A stretch of DNA of 64,000 bases from Octopus sinensis (lineage: Eukaryota). The stretch lies in assembly GCF_006345805.1 (NCBI RefSeq), contig NC_042998.1, positions 141,732,001-141,796,000 of the forward strand, given 5' to 3'. This document shows, piece by piece, positions 50,173 through 64,000 of the stretch (the first letter of the stretch is position 1; every line of letters starts with the position of its first letter). The position numbers and the translations under genes are program-made. A model generated the notes under the pieces. It searched no databases and had not been told where the DNA came from. It saw nothing but the letters and a program-made list of their open reading frames with translations.

Positions 50173-53100
50173 ATAACAATAGTCACTTGACTATGGCAGT
50201 CACGTTAAGTATGCCAACAGTCGTATCAGCTATGTAGCCTTCAACAAGAGCGTTTGAAAATGAGTCTTTTCAAAACTAAATAATACATCAGCCATCTGCA
50301 CCACAAGCATCAACAATCCTGGTTGTTTTCTTTATAGGAACCACTTCCATTGAGGAACGTCCCTTTCACAAGGCATCTGATAGCACTGATTCTGTAACCC
50401 CAAAAGTACCTTACCAAAAGCAAGGGTTGCAGATGGTCTCATGTACAACTTCAATTAAGGCAGAATCATTATGGAATTGGAAAAATAATTTCTATGCTAT
50501 TTATTGTAACTTTTTACATCCTGAGTCAGATCCTATAGAGTTCAACACTACTTTTCATCACTCTAGGGTTGATAAAATAAAGTATCACTCAAGTACAAAG
50601 ATTGATGGTATCAACTAACTCCTTCCTTGAAAATTCCTGGCTTTATGCTAAAATTAGAAACAATATACTTATGAGGTAAATGTTCGCAAAATTCTTTAAG
50701 TAATGCAAGTGAGGAGATGATCAAAGTGAGTATAGTGATGTCAATAAATGTAAACTAAGAGAAAATATATTTATATAGGTTATTTAATGAGCTGATATTT
50801 TGGGAAAAATTCTCCTTTTCAAATCCGAGAAAGAAAATAAACAGATTCCAGAGAAATGTGCTTTTATTGGCAGGCTATTTCAGAGAATCGTGTAACTTAT
50901 GATGGAGCTGTAACAAATAACTGGGGAAATCTACTACAATTACAACTACAGCTGTTGCTCCTGCTACTACTACCACTACTAACACTATAGAGTCAGTGCC
51001 AACAGCTTTTCCTGCATATTTACTTGGTTTGTTAATTAATTAGATAATGACCACTAGAATATCCCATGCTGTAATCATATTTGTTGTAATCAATTTTATT
51101 ATTGAATTACATTTGTGATCCATGAGATAAACAAAAAGAATTTCTTGACCACTTAGGAGAGGTGGTCAGCTAATGAGATTGATCTTAGTTTACATCAAAG
51201 TGCGTAATTAGTCTATCACTATGATCTATATATATAATGAGTTTTCTAATCATAGACACATTTAGATTAATTCAATATTCTAATACAGTAACTTGTACAC
51301 AGTAATAGTTAATGTTTGTAATATGGTAACTGATTTTAATATTTCCATACACTAAAGATTAAAGGATTCAGAAAATGTATTCAAATTTTTAGCACATAAT
51401 CACTGTACATGAAATGAAAAAAAAAAAAGGAAAAACAAAGTATTTGAAATTTGGTTGACCAAGATGATTGATACTCCTCACAGCAAATTATTATTTATTC
51501 TTTTTACTCATTACAGTCACTGGGCTGCAGCCATGCTGGGAAACCACCTTGAATATCAACATCATCATCAATATTATTATCAATCATTTTAATGTCCATT
51601 CTCCCATGATTACATGGGTCAAATGAAATTTGTTGAAGCAGATTGTCTATAGTCAGGTGCTCTTCCTGTCGCAAACCCTCACCTGTTTCCAAGCCAGGTA
51701 AATATTTTCCCTTAAACCTTCAAATGTGAACAGCACAATGGCAGGACATGTTTTCATGGATGGCAGCAAACAAATAACACCATTTGTATGACAGTGACAT
51801 TTACATATAAATACTGTGAGTTGTCAAGACAAGGACACACACATAGAGAGTTTCTGTCTACCAAATCCATTACCAAGGCTTTGGGTGGCCTGCGCATACA
51901 GTAGAAGACACTTGCCAGAGGTACCAGTCACAAGACTGAACCAGTAGCCATGTAGCACAAAGCAAACTTCTGAACTACATTGCCATGCCTGTGCCCTAAT
52001 AGTGAATAATGGAAAACAAAGAATGTGGGGAAAAAAACCTCTTAATTTTAATACACTATACATAATGTTTAACAAGTTAAAAAACAAAAACACTATATTG
52101 TAAATATAGTGTAAATAAATACATAGCAAACATACATACATACATAACGTACACACAGATGATATATATGTATATAATATACTTTGCATACACTACATAC
52201 AAACTATATATTTGATTGCTTTCTTATGGTAGTCCATCAAATCCAATAACAACAATCTTGTTAATTTGTTGATGACTACACACCAATCCATTATGTTCAA
52301 ATAGTATACACAAAGAACTCACACACACACATATATACCAATGCACACACTCACACACAATTTACTCTAATATACGTCTTCATGATATTTAGATTAAAAT
52401 GGGTTTTTTTATGTTTTATTTTATAATGTAGGCTTTTTCAAATTGATGGAAAGACAAAAGTTTCCATAAACACAAATTACAAGAATAATAATAATTTAAA
52501 ATTCAAATACAAACTTAGACTGAAATCAAAACAAATTAAATTAAAAAAAAGAAACTAAATTTATTTTTTATTGAAGTTTGAATTTCATTTTGAATTGTAT
52601 TTTTAAAGAAAATGTTTATTTCAATCTGTGTTCATATTTCAATTATGTTTTAAAAAGTGCATTTTTGATTTATTCTCCACAAGTTCTTCGATTTCTGTCT
52701 ATAAAAAATTTTTTTGTCAGTTTCACATTCTACTTACTGCCCACAAGCCCTTATCTACCATTCACTATATCCACCCCTCAACACTTGTTCTTCACTCATA
52801 ATATCTCCCCCAACTATTGCCCATCTCACTCTCCAACACATTCTTGCAACTTTTACCCACCCACACTCTTGCTACTTCTGCCACCGCTCACATCTACTCA
52901 CCTCATACCTTGAGAGTCCATCCGGGTACCTCATCACCACTATTTTTACCTCTTTCCAGCTCCACCCTGATTACTCCCCTTCTGTCATACTTTAACCCAT
53001 CATCTCCAAGCATAAAGCCCCCAATCTCAGGATTTACAATCTTGCAAGCTGTATGGTGACCTCACTAGTGTGGGTGGCATGAGAAGAGCACCCAGTATAC

Positions 53101-56100
53101 ACTGTAAAGTGGTTGGTGTTAAGAAGGACATTCAGCTATAGAATCATGCCAAATAAGATACTGGAGCAGCAAATCACCCAATCCATGTCAGCATAGAACA
53201 TGTCCATTAAACGATGATGATGACCCTTAAGGAAAATAACTTTTGATTTAAATCAAAATCCTTATTTTTACATACATTACTTTGTAACTATGTAGTCCCA
53301 GTCATTTCGGCTCAAATGTAACTATTTCAGTTATGCAATATGAAATGCCATCCCATCCTGCACTGTATATGGGATAGACTGTTTAATTAATGAAAAAGAA
53401 TGGCTTCTAAGCTATTTATTATGTTATTGGGTGAGAGGGCTGAGAGCTTTCAATGTTTCATTTTGATTTGAAAATTTAGTTTACCTGTTTTTGTACTCCA
53501 GCTGTTTTCCTATACTAGTATATGATGGGTATTTGTTCTTGGAAATAATCTGATATTTGCTTAAATTATAATAGTGAATTGGTGTTTATGTTTATATTTA
53601 TATATATATTGTGATATTGCTTAGGCATGTATTTAAATGCTTCCTAAAATAAGCATACATTTCATTTTAATGGCTCTGAGAGGGTTAAAAGATGTTGCAC
53701 AAGCATTCAGCTCTGAGTGCACTGCTTCTTTAGCAGAAGCAACGGTAAGCTAATGAAGGTGTTCACATAATTGCAGTTAATAATTAGATAGATAGATAGA
53801 TAGATAGATAGACAGAGATAGACAAACAATTGAAGATGTATGACTTGTTTATGCAAGTATCAAAAATTTGTAGATTTATCTAACCCATACTAACCAGAAT
53901 CAAATGAATTGTAATTGTTCCTAAATGTGATAAAATAACTAAAGTGGCTGACAAGAGGAAGGGCATCCAGCTATAAAGCATTGCTTAAGAAAACCTGTCC
54001 AACAATTGCCAGCAAGGAAAAGCAGATGTAAAATGATGATGATAAATCTAAGAAATTATAATGCATTTACGACCATTATCATCATCATCACTGTTTTACA
54101 TCCAATTTCTGTGCTGGAATGTGTGGGACAGGTCAGTATTGCTCTCCTAGACTAATCTGAAGATCACATCTCACTTGAAAGTTTCATTCTGGTGTGGTTT
54201 CTACAGCTAGATGCCTTTTTTAACAGCAATCACTTCACAGAATGTAGTGGGTGCATTTTATCAGTGACACCAGCACTAGAGAGGTTGACATGTATCTGAC
54301 AAGACTGGAGATTACTCTTGACCCCTACACTTCAGATTGAACTGGGTACAGGTTATCATGGAACCAGCACTACAGAGGCTGTCATGTTGAAGACTAAAAG
54401 GTACTTCCAACCACACACTTTAAAAGGTGAACTAGGTACATGTTATGGTACCAGTACTAGAGAGACAGTCAGATTGAAGACAACATTCTCTCAATCTCAC
54501 ACTTTACATATTTACGACCCAATAAGTTTTTAACAATATGAATATCAACCCTTCTGTGATTAAACTTCTGATGAAATATACAGATTATGTTTTTCAGTTC
54601 AAAGATATTTAGTAAAAAATTTTTTCCTATTTCACTTTTGCATTTATTTCCATGTTATGCTGGTTCTGAGAGGGTAACATAACTTAGCTAAAGATTCTTA
54701 CAAAAGATTATGATATAAACCTTTAATTAAAATGAATCATTACAAGTAGTAAAACAAGGTCTTTTTTCTCCAGCAGATTGGTACCAAAAGTATTAATATT
54801 CTTATATCAGAGATGAAATTTCAAGTTTACAGGAGACAAAAATGGCAAGTTTGTGTGAAACTAAAAATGTATTGCTTCAAAGCATTTGTGCAGTAAATGC
54901 AATGTATTTGACAAAAAGCAATTTAAAAAAAAATTTTTTAATTAAATAACATTTTTTGGAAATACGTAAATGTCACAAATTTACATCATGCACCCCTTTG
55001 GGAAGAAACAAAAAAAAAAGTAAGTTGCATCAAACACTAATCACAAAAAAAAAAAAAATAATAATAAATAAAAAACCCAAATTCAGTTGTAATACAAAAT
55101 TAATAGATAAAACAAACCTTTTAAGCTGATTGGATGAAAACAAGTAACCAATGATATTTCAATGTTGGCAGTGCATATAATAATCAGTATTGTTTGCAGC
55201 ACACAGGAATCTTTTCTACATTGTACTCCAACAGGTGTGCATGGAAATCTGTTGCAAAAAAAGGTAGAACACCGTCAAGGATTAGCTATGAGTGTAGGGG
55301 TTGGAAACAAAATTGAAAACAAATAATCTTCGAAAAGTATACATATATAAATATCAAAATAAATTAACATTTTAAAAATATTTTTAATCAGTCTACTTAT
55401 GAACAAATAGAATGACTGCCTGAAAATTTACCTGAGATCCTACTGTACAATTTATCTCTCTCAAAAGTACAATGCAATGGAAATCAGCCTACATAAGCTT
55501 CCTATCAACTGCTAATATATAAGAATTTAACTGGAATGTATTAAGATGTGTTAACCACATCTAAGTATCATTAGGTTTCAATCAAAGAGATGCTCCCCTT
55601 GTTCAAACTAAACAACAACAACAATAATATTACTAGCAGTTAAAAATATAGACAATGACTTGGCAGAGTCGTTACAGTGTAGGATAGAATACCTCATGGT
55701 ATTTGTTCTGACACTATGTGCTCTGAGTTCAAATCTTGCCACAGTCAACTTTGCTTTCATCTTCTCAGGGTTTATAAAAAAAAAATACCAATCCAGAATA
55801 GTGGATTGTCGAAGCTAGCCTGTCACAACCGCTAGCCTTACTAGCCCATGTCCAACCATGAAAACTATGCATCCAACCATGAAAACTAGACATTAAATGA
55901 TGATGATGATGATGATGTAACTCTTAAAGAGTTGGGTAAGATCCCTAACAATGAATCTTTTCTAGCTTTTTAAATTCAGATCACTGCCCTATCAAAGAAT
56001 TTGGGCAGAAGGAAACTGTACAAAGTCTGCTGTATACGTATGCATGTGTGTGGCGGGGTTGTGAACTCATGTGTATGTACATACATGAGCATGAATGTTG

Positions 56101-57825
56101 GTATCATACCCTTATTACTACTTGAGTGAAATGGTAAAGATCTGATGTTTCAAAGATCTGGGGAATAAGAGAAATCTATTCCTTCAAAAACAAATAAGGG
56201 TTGGCCACAAGAAGAGCCATCCAACCATAAAATCCAGCTTCACATAAGTCTCCAGCCAACCCATGCTAGCATGGAAAACAAATGTTAAATGAACAAATGA
56301 ATATACTGTCATTAGTGTACACATGTATGATTATTTGAATATCTTAGGGCGAAGCTACAGAATAAATAGGTTTCTTTTTAAAATTAAGCAGTGACTTTCA
56401 AAAAAAAAAAAAAGAAAAAGGAAGAATAAACCAGTCTTTATACTTTATACACAGACACACAAGCACATAATACATTGGACTTCAGCCATGTTCAAGCACC
56501 ACCTTAAATGGATGTTAGTTGAACAATTTGATCCCAATAATTATTTTGCTGAACCATCAGGAGTTATGCGAACTTAAACAAGTCAACAGTGGTTGTCAAA
56601 CACAAACATACACACCAATATGAATACATGATACATACATACACACACAGATACATACATATGATGGGCTTCCACACAGTTTCTGTGAAACAAATTCACT
56701 CACAAGGCATTGGTTAACCTGAAGCTATAGTAAAAGGACCATGCAGTGGGACTGAAGCTAAAATCATGTGCTTGCTAGGCAAGCTTCTTAACCACATAAT
56801 CATAAAAGCACTAAGCTATTGCACCAACCAGTCGACTGACTGATTTGTCTCAGAATGCACATTCAGATGTAAAACACCTGCACAACCAATTCCAGATGTT
56901 ATCTAGTTCCAAAAACCACTGAACCATCCATGCTAGTTCAGAGAAACTCACGCACATAAACAGAAACACTTTGTCTTGTAAAAATGTAAGACAGATGGAA
57001 GCAATTCATCTTACAATTTTCATTGAATAAATTAAATTTTCTTTCACGTGGTTTCAAAGTCTGGGATTCTTTGAGAGGAAGGCACATGCTGTAATGTTTG
57101 TGCCTTTTCCCCATTCTTAGTCATCACGATCATCCACCCACCCATATCTGTGAAGCCATTAAAAATATAATTGAAGTATTCCAACTGGGAACTAAAACTG
57201 TCTCAAAGACTCAACTTAGTGAGAACATCACAGGTGCCATGTGATGCCTACTGACTTTGAATAAATAATAAGTTTACAATGTAATTAGTATCAAAAGTAG
57301 CTAATTATTAATAATTTCTAGCCCTTACATGGTTACAACCTTACAAGATCTTTAGAATACAGCTGCTAGAATTTGTCTGAGGCTGATTATATCTTTGAAT
57401 ATATATATTGATTTCCTCTGAAAACATGCAAGGCTAATTTCAATTGCTCATTTGTTCCATTTAATGTCTGTTTTTGCAAGGTAGCATGGTTAGACAGGGT
57501 TAAAAATTGAGGCAGGATTTTTATAGCTGGATGCTCTTTTTGATTCCACTCACAAGATATTGGTCAATCAGAGGCTAGTGTAGTATAAGGTACATGCCAT
57601 ACAGTAGAACTCAGAACCTCACAGATTAACCTTGAATTGATGAAAATGCTGAAACTGTAGTCTTAGAAAAGGAATTTTGGGATAAAACATGTGCATATAT
57701 CAAAAGAATTTACTGACTTGAGAGAATTTACCAGCTTGAAATTTTTTTTAGGAATAGAGGGTCTCAAAGTACACATAAAGCTATAAATATTCTCAACCCA
57801 ATATTTACATGTATTCATAGTATTA

Positions 57826-58140
57826 AGGTGCATGACTCAGTGGTTAGAGCATCAGGCTCACAATCATGAGGTAGTGAGTTCAATTCTTGGATTAGGCTGT
57901 GTTCTTGAGCAAGACACTTCATGTCATGTTGCTCAAGTTCACTTAGCTGTAGAAATGAGTTGTAACATCACTAGTGCCAAGCTGTATTGGCCTTTGACCT
58001 TCCCAGGATAACATCAGTAGTGCAGAGAGGAGAGGCTGGTACGCAAAGGCAACTGCTGGTCTTCCATAAACAACCTTGCCCTGAGATGTACCAGGTGCAA
58101 TCCCATGGTCATTCATGACCAAAGGGGATCTTTACCCTTT
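57826..58140 (+). mobile_element. Near full-length tRNA-derived SINE with Pol III A/B boxes
   Basis: aggtgcaTGACTCAGTGGttagagcatcaggctcacaatcatgaggtagtgaGTTCAATTCttgg, followed by gtgttcttgagcaagacactt, and ending in (ttaccc)-like repeats. Confidence 0.75.
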
Positions 58141-58575
58141 TACTCTGTGTAAGCTTCAAGATCCACTATTCCAAAAAAAAGAATTATTTCATGTTCTCTC
58201 AAAAATTTATAAACTCTTATGGATGTCAATAACATACAATTCTCACTGATAAGAATAAAGTTACAAAAATGGATAGAGAAATTCGAAGGATAATTTTGGT
58301 CCCATGGTGGAACACTTGTCATATTTACAAATGTAGGTTTATGTCTCATCAGCAGTCTTCAACTTGTGGTATCCAAAAAGAGATTTTACAGCCCAATCTT
58401 CACATGGTGTTATTCATAACTTGCGTGCACTTTGAGTTCCATTAATTCAAAAACAAATATGTCAAAATGCAAATCTTGCATCCATGATAAAAAGAAAAAT
58501 GTTTTAAATCAGTCTCAATTTCATATTCAAATGAAAGATATTGTGTGTATATGTGCATGTGTGTGTGTGTATGTG

Positions 58576-59274
58576 TGCTTGCTTGTCACTGTTCAACTCA
58601 TGGACACAAGTAACGATTTCTTTACTGATTCATTACTGGAGCCGAAAAATGGTGCCTGTACATCATTATGAAGCAGCATAAGGAATGGCTTAGCCCTGGT
58701 AAACAAGCGACACTGTGCATGAAACAAGATCTTCATCTGCATAAAACAATGTTGTGTGTATGGTGGGACTGGAAAGGGATTATCCATTATGAATTGCTTG
58801 AATGGAACCATACGGTCAACACGGAACTCTATGTTCAACAGATGGAACGACTCAACATGGCTATTCAAGAGAAAAGACCTAATCGGCAGCATGGAGTTCC
58901 GCACAACAATGCCTGCCCTCATATCGCCAATACGACCAAGGAAGCCATTCAAAAGCATGGCTGGGAAGTGCTGCCACACCCGCCATACTCTCCTGATTTG
59001 GCACCAACAGATTTCCACCTCTTTCGATCTCTTTCAAATGCTATGCATGGAGTTTCGTTCAATACTGATGCAGAATTGAGAGCTTGGTTAGATCAATTTT
59101 TCGAGTTGAAATCGGGCGATTTTTACCAACGAAGTATTGAAAATCTTGTTGAATGTTGGGAAGAGGTTGTAAACAACAAGGGTGAATACATTATTGATTA
59201 ATTAGTTATTTTTTATTAAACCTTTTAAAAAATTTAAATTTAATAAAACAGCGGGAACTTAGTTGCCAATCCAA
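58576..59274 (+). mobile_element. 5'-truncated inactive mariner (DD34D-type) transposon with right TIR
   Basis: HGHK*RFLY*FITGAEKWCLYIIMKQHKEWLSPG...LCVWWDWKGIIHYELL...HNNACPH...VLPHPPYSPDLAPTDFHLFRSL...KGEYIID*. The first two catalytic Asp are altered (TGAEKW, HNNACPH). The TIR gcgggaacttagttgccaatccaa is followed by TA. Confidence 0.93.
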
Positions 59275-59297
59275 TATATTACATACATATATATATA

Positions 59298-59349
<52 letters not shown>

Positions 59350-59552
59350 TATATATAGTCAGGTGAGGTGTGTTCTGTTAAGAACATATAAGAGTACAAA
59401 TAGAGCTCGTTCACCCTTAGAATTCCAAACAGCCGGTAGTATTCTTATGGTATGCTACCAAATCTAGTCTTAGGTATTCCTCGTGTGTGAAAATAAAAAG
59501 TAAAAAGTAAAAGAGTCGAAAGGAAGAGTAAGTACAGTTAGGCAGCTTTTTA

Positions 59553-59674
59553 ATCGCTACAAATGTTTCAATACATACAGATCTTTGTATATATAGGATT
59601 TAAAGTTAAGTTTAAATTAAGTTACGTAACGATTTAACTGTATAAGAAGATCTATATGTATCACCTCAGGCGAT
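59553..59674 (-). ncRNA. Type I hammerhead motif with A9U change and 16-bp stem II, in a probable PLE terminal region
   Basis: AUCGC-CUGAGGU-GAUACAUAUAGAUCUU-(61 nt)-AAGAUCUGUAUGUAUU-GAA-AC-auuu-GU-A-GCGAU. An inverted partial copy of the same region lies at 59888-59960 versus 59507-59584. Confidence 0.7.
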
Positions 59675-60059
59675 ATTCAGATGTTGTCTCCGTAAGGAAA
59701 TCTAGATTTCCATGTTACAACACCTATGGCTTCTTGTTTGAAACTAACAAATGCCGATGGTTTCAATTTACTTGCTATGAGAGTGTCATCACGTTCAACA
59801 TCAGCTGCAATGTGCAAGTTGTCTGTTTATTTATTCAGTTTCAACATGTTATTCGGCATATGCCAAACTGTACCATTACACAAAGAGGATCTGTATGTAT
59901 CCAAACATTTCTAGCAATTAATTGCTGCCTAAATGTACTTACTTTTCCTTTTGACTTTACATATATATGGTCAACTTGCACTGCAGGGTCTCGAAGGAGA
60001 TAGTGTTAGTTGAAGGCTACCAAACCTGCCACACACTACTTTCCATCCTTAATAATGAA

Positions 60060-60720
60060 ACTTGGTAGACCCAAAAGTTAAACACAGACACACACACAGA
60101 TACACGCACAGACACACAAGTTGAGTTTTATATATATAGATTTCTCAACGGCGATTTCAGGGGAGAGTTTCAGGGAGTCGCTGGCGATGTATCATGATGA
60201 TCAAAAATCCGGCCAGCTAAAATTTAGTTAAAGTCATTCAAACTGCAGACTCAACACAAGATGGTCACATTTAATTCAAAGCGCTAAAAATATTATGAAA
60301 ACAATTGGTATGTGTTCACAATGTCCAAACGATTAATACGAAAAAACCCTCCAGGCTACATCCCGAAAATTCATTTCTTTGGCGAATTTCTACAATGTTT
60401 ATGGCGATTCATTTTTACATCTTGATTTTTTATTTTTCATGCAATTTACGCATGCTTGCATGCATGGTGAACACAGTTCACATCAAACAGCTGACTGAGT
60501 AAAGTTCACTATTCAATGCATGGGATAAGGCCTAAACAAACACATTATCGATTTTTGCACTTGCGAGATGAATTTCGGAACAGAAATAGCACAGTTCAAT
60601 TTTCATTCGCCTAAACTTTAAGTGACCCATTTTTGGTGGTTCTACGATTTGTTGGCTAGGAGGAGATGTGCCGGGAAGTTAAACACACAAACACACAAGC
60701 TGAGTTTTATATATATACAT
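60060..60720 (-). mobile_element. Two related termini resembling non-autonomous Helitron-like 5' ends (TCTATATATATAAAACTCA..TTGTGTG)
   Basis: aagttaaacaca..cacacaag.tgagttttatatatata occurs at ~60075-60140 and ~60677-60720. No CTRR 3' end was identified. Confidence 0.3.
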
Positions 60721-61639
60721 ATAGATACATACATATATATATATATACATATATATATATAGATATGTATATATATACATACATATATATATACATATAT
60801 ATATATAGATATGTATATATATACATACATATATATATACATATATATACATACATATATACATACATACATATATATACACATACATATATATATATAC
60901 ACATATATATAGATACATACATACATATACATATATATGCACATACATATATACATATACATATATATGCACATATATATATACATAGGTAAATATATAT
61001 ATGTATATATACATACATGTATATATATATATATATGTATATGTATACACATACACGCATATATATACATACATACAAATATATATATATATATACACAT
61101 ATAAATATATACACATATACGTACATACAAATATATACACATATATATACGTACATATATATATATATATACATACATATATATATACACATATATATAC
61201 ACACATATACATGTGTATATGTATATATATATATATGTATATGTATATATATATGTATATATATGTGTAAATATTTGTATGTATATATATGTGTGTACAC
61301 ACACATATATATATATATATATATACAAATATACATATATATATACATATACATACATACACATATATACATATATATAAATATATATACATAAAAATAT
61401 ATACACATATACATATATACATATATATACAAACATATATATATACACATACATATATACAAATAGAAACATATATATACATATACATACATATATATAT
61501 ACATATACATACATATATATATACATATACATACATATATATAGATACATATACATACATATATATAGATACATATACATACATATATAGTGATACATAC
61601 ATATATATAGATACATACTTATATATATATAGATATATG

Positions 61640-61671
<32 letters not shown>

Positions 61672-61868
61672 TGTATATATATCATCATCATCATCATCAT
61701 CGTTTAACGTCCGTTTTCCATGCTAGCATGGGTTGGACGGTTCGACCCGGGATCTGGGAAGTCAGAAGGCTGCACCAGGCTCCAGTCTTATCTGGCAATG
61801 TTTCTACAGCTGGATGCCCTTCCTAACGCCAACCACTCCGTGAGTGTAGTGGGTGCTTTTTACATATA

Positions 61869-61899
<31 letters not shown>

Positions 61900-61900
61900 G

Positions 61901-61974
<74 letters not shown>

Positions 61975-62183
61975 GTATATATATATATGCATATACATGT
62001 ATGTATATACATGTATGTATATATATATGTGTATATATATATATATATGTAATATATATATATGTATATATATATATATGTATATATATATATGTATATG
62101 TATATATGTATATGTATATATATATATGTATATATATATATGTATATATATATATGTATATTATATATGTATATATATATATG

Positions 62184-62221
<38 letters not shown>

Positions 62222-62241
62222 ATATATATTATGTATATATA
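60710..62241. repeat. Long (AT/AC/GT)n low-complexity arrays interrupted by a retroelement tail at 61681-61862
   Basis: Directly visible. It explains the 267-352-aa Y/I/M/C-rich spurious ORFs. Confidence 0.95.
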
Positions 62242-62650
62242 TCATCATCATCATCATCACCATCATTTAGCGTCCGTTTTCCATGCTAGCATGGGTTGGA
62301 CGGTTCAACTGGGGTCTGTGAAGCCAGAAGGCTGCATCAGGCCCAGTCTGATCTGGCAGTCTTTCTACGGCTGGATGCCCTTCCTAACGCCAACCACTCC
62401 GCGAGTGTAGTGGGTGCTTTTTACGTGCCACCCGCACAGGTGCCAGACAGTGCTGGCAAACGACGACGAATGGATGGTGCTTTTACGTGCCACCGGCACA
62501 GGGCCAGGCAAGGCTGGCAACGGACACGAACGGATGGTGCTTTTACGTGCCACCGGCACGGAGGCCAGTCGGGGCGGCACTGGCAACTGCCACAATTGGA
62601 TGGTTCGCTTACTTGTCACTGGCACTGGTATCACAGCCGCAATTTCCATT
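62242..62650 (-). mobile_element. Retroelement 3' end (same family as the 23744-26528 array) with (GAT)n tail and internal subrepeats
   Basis: catcatcatttagcgtccgttttccatgctagcatgggttggacgg...ggatgcccttcctaacgccaacc...gcttttacgtgccaccggcac is the reverse complement of the array terminus. Confidence 0.85.
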
Positions 62651-62675
62651 CCATATATATAAAAGTATATCTATA

Positions 62676-62710
<35 letters not shown>

Positions 62711-62725
62711 GTATAAATATATACG

Positions 62726-62829
62726 TGAACAATTGCAGCGTGGAAGGTGTTTGTAAGCCATCTAAGAAACACACAAAAGCCGTTCGATTCATTTCAACAT
62801 TCAAGTTTAATTTGTCAAAATACCTTCGT
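62726..62829 (-). mobile_element. Truncated copy of the 26650-26862 PLE-like fragment retaining only the decayed 3' half of the HHR
   Basis: It aligns to 26652-26753, with GAAGGUAUU-U-UGACAAAUU in place of GAAAAUAUU-U-UGACAAAUU, and is cut off by (TA)n. Confidence 0.75.
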
Positions 62830-62935
62830 ATATATATATATATATATATATATATGCTACATATGTGGAAAATCGGTGTGTGTTTGTTCATGGTGTTGTT
62901 AGCTAACTCCTCCTACATCATTTTATTGATTTTGA

Positions 62936-63310
62936 TGAAACTTGACCGTGAGTAGAACTGATGTCTGGAAACCTTGTGACATACTTAGATTGTTGAAAAA
63001 ATTGATAATACGGCCTCTGGAAGGGACCTTTATATCTACCTCATATAACTAAAGGGAAATAACCCAAATCACCTGTACAATATTTTTTTAAACACTCAAG
63101 GGAAGCAATCCATTTCATTGCTTATGTTTAATTAATAATTTCAGTATTGATTTTTTTTTTAATGTCCTATTTCTAATTTTTGCAGACAATATCACTTTTA
63201 TAACTTTGACACATGAGTAGAACTCATGTCTGGAAACTTCCTGACATACTTAGATTGTTGATAAAAAAAAATCGATAATACGGCTCTTCCAATGGATCCT
63301 TCTATCTACT
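62936..63310 (+). repeat. Diverged ~105-bp direct repeat pair (~62936-63040 and ~63202-63310)
   Basis: aact.tgac...tgagtagaact.atgtctggaaac.t..tgacatacttagattgttga.aaaa..t.gataatacggc.t occurs twice. Confidence 0.75.
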
Positions 63311-64000
63311 ACATATTTCTAATATTTTATTTAAACCCAATTCCAATAACCCATACCACCTGCAGATTTTAGTGAAGTGATCAATATTTTATTCTCATGA
63401 TCAGCTGACCTAATATTTCATTTCACTACTCACAGTTTTGAACTGCTAAGCATTATTATTGCACTTCCTTAATTTGAATCTTAAACATTAAAGACTTCAT
63501 TCATACATTTCTATACATACTTTTTTGAATTCCCATTACTCCAATAATTCTGCATTTTTACAGTTACACTTTCTCCATGACAGCAGATAGATTTTTTATT
63601 CCACAATGTATTTGTAGTGGCTTCATGCAGGCATAGCGTGGATTCACTCCCCGATTGCCAAATTTCTCTCAACATTTCAACAGCGCTTTTCTCAAGGTAA
63701 AACAATAGTTTTTCTGTGAATGACAGCAGTTATACATTTCCCAGATACCTTCGCTAAGCAGAATAATATCTTTGCCTCTCACCAACCTCCGACAATCTTT
63801 CTCACCAGCCTCCAATAATCTTTCTTGCCAAGCTAAGTTACGGGGATGTAAACACACCAGCATCGGTTGTCAAGTTATGTTGGGAGAACAAACACAGGCA
63901 CACAAACATACACACACATATATATATATATACATATATGCGACAGGCTTCTTTCAGTTTCCATGTACCAAATCCACTCACAAGGCTTTGGTCGGCCTGA

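Noticed and set aside
60642-62410. Long ORFs of 267-352 aa
   Set aside because: They are translations of (AT/AC/GT)n microsatellite with no protein information.

Overview
This is a eukaryotic, strongly AT-rich, microsatellite-dense window with no recognisable intact protein-coding gene. The repeat families and a mollusc-like nad1 NUMT suggest a cephalopod (octopus-like) genome; this is an inference. Most ORFs in the supplied track are microsatellite or repeat artefacts. The window looks like intronic or intergenic DNA filled with transposon relics: mariner (2), Tc1, pogo/Tigger, RTE LINEs, tRNA-derived SINEs, piggyBac- and hAT-type MITEs, and Penelope-like elements (PLEs). Two short minus-strand candidate exons hint at a large host gene. 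The main unexpected signal is a set of type I hammerhead ribozyme (HHR) motifs, read by eye. Two sit directly downstream of PLE GIY-YIG remnants; the others lie in PLE-like or unassigned repeat fragments. Two are canonical (41978-42041 +, 26927-27011 -). Two unrelated motifs both carry the compensatory G3:C8 core GUGANCA (32058-32105 -, 26733-26788 -). One has an A9U change with a 16-bp stem II (59553-59674 -), one stops exactly at its cleavage site (36167-36204 -), and several are decayed. Other notable items are a 2.8-kb tandem array with a ~982-bp trimeric higher-order period, apparently built from a retroelement 3' UTR, a ~415-bp AT-rich foldback, and the nad1 NUMT. No computation or database search was run, and family names rest on motif recognition.
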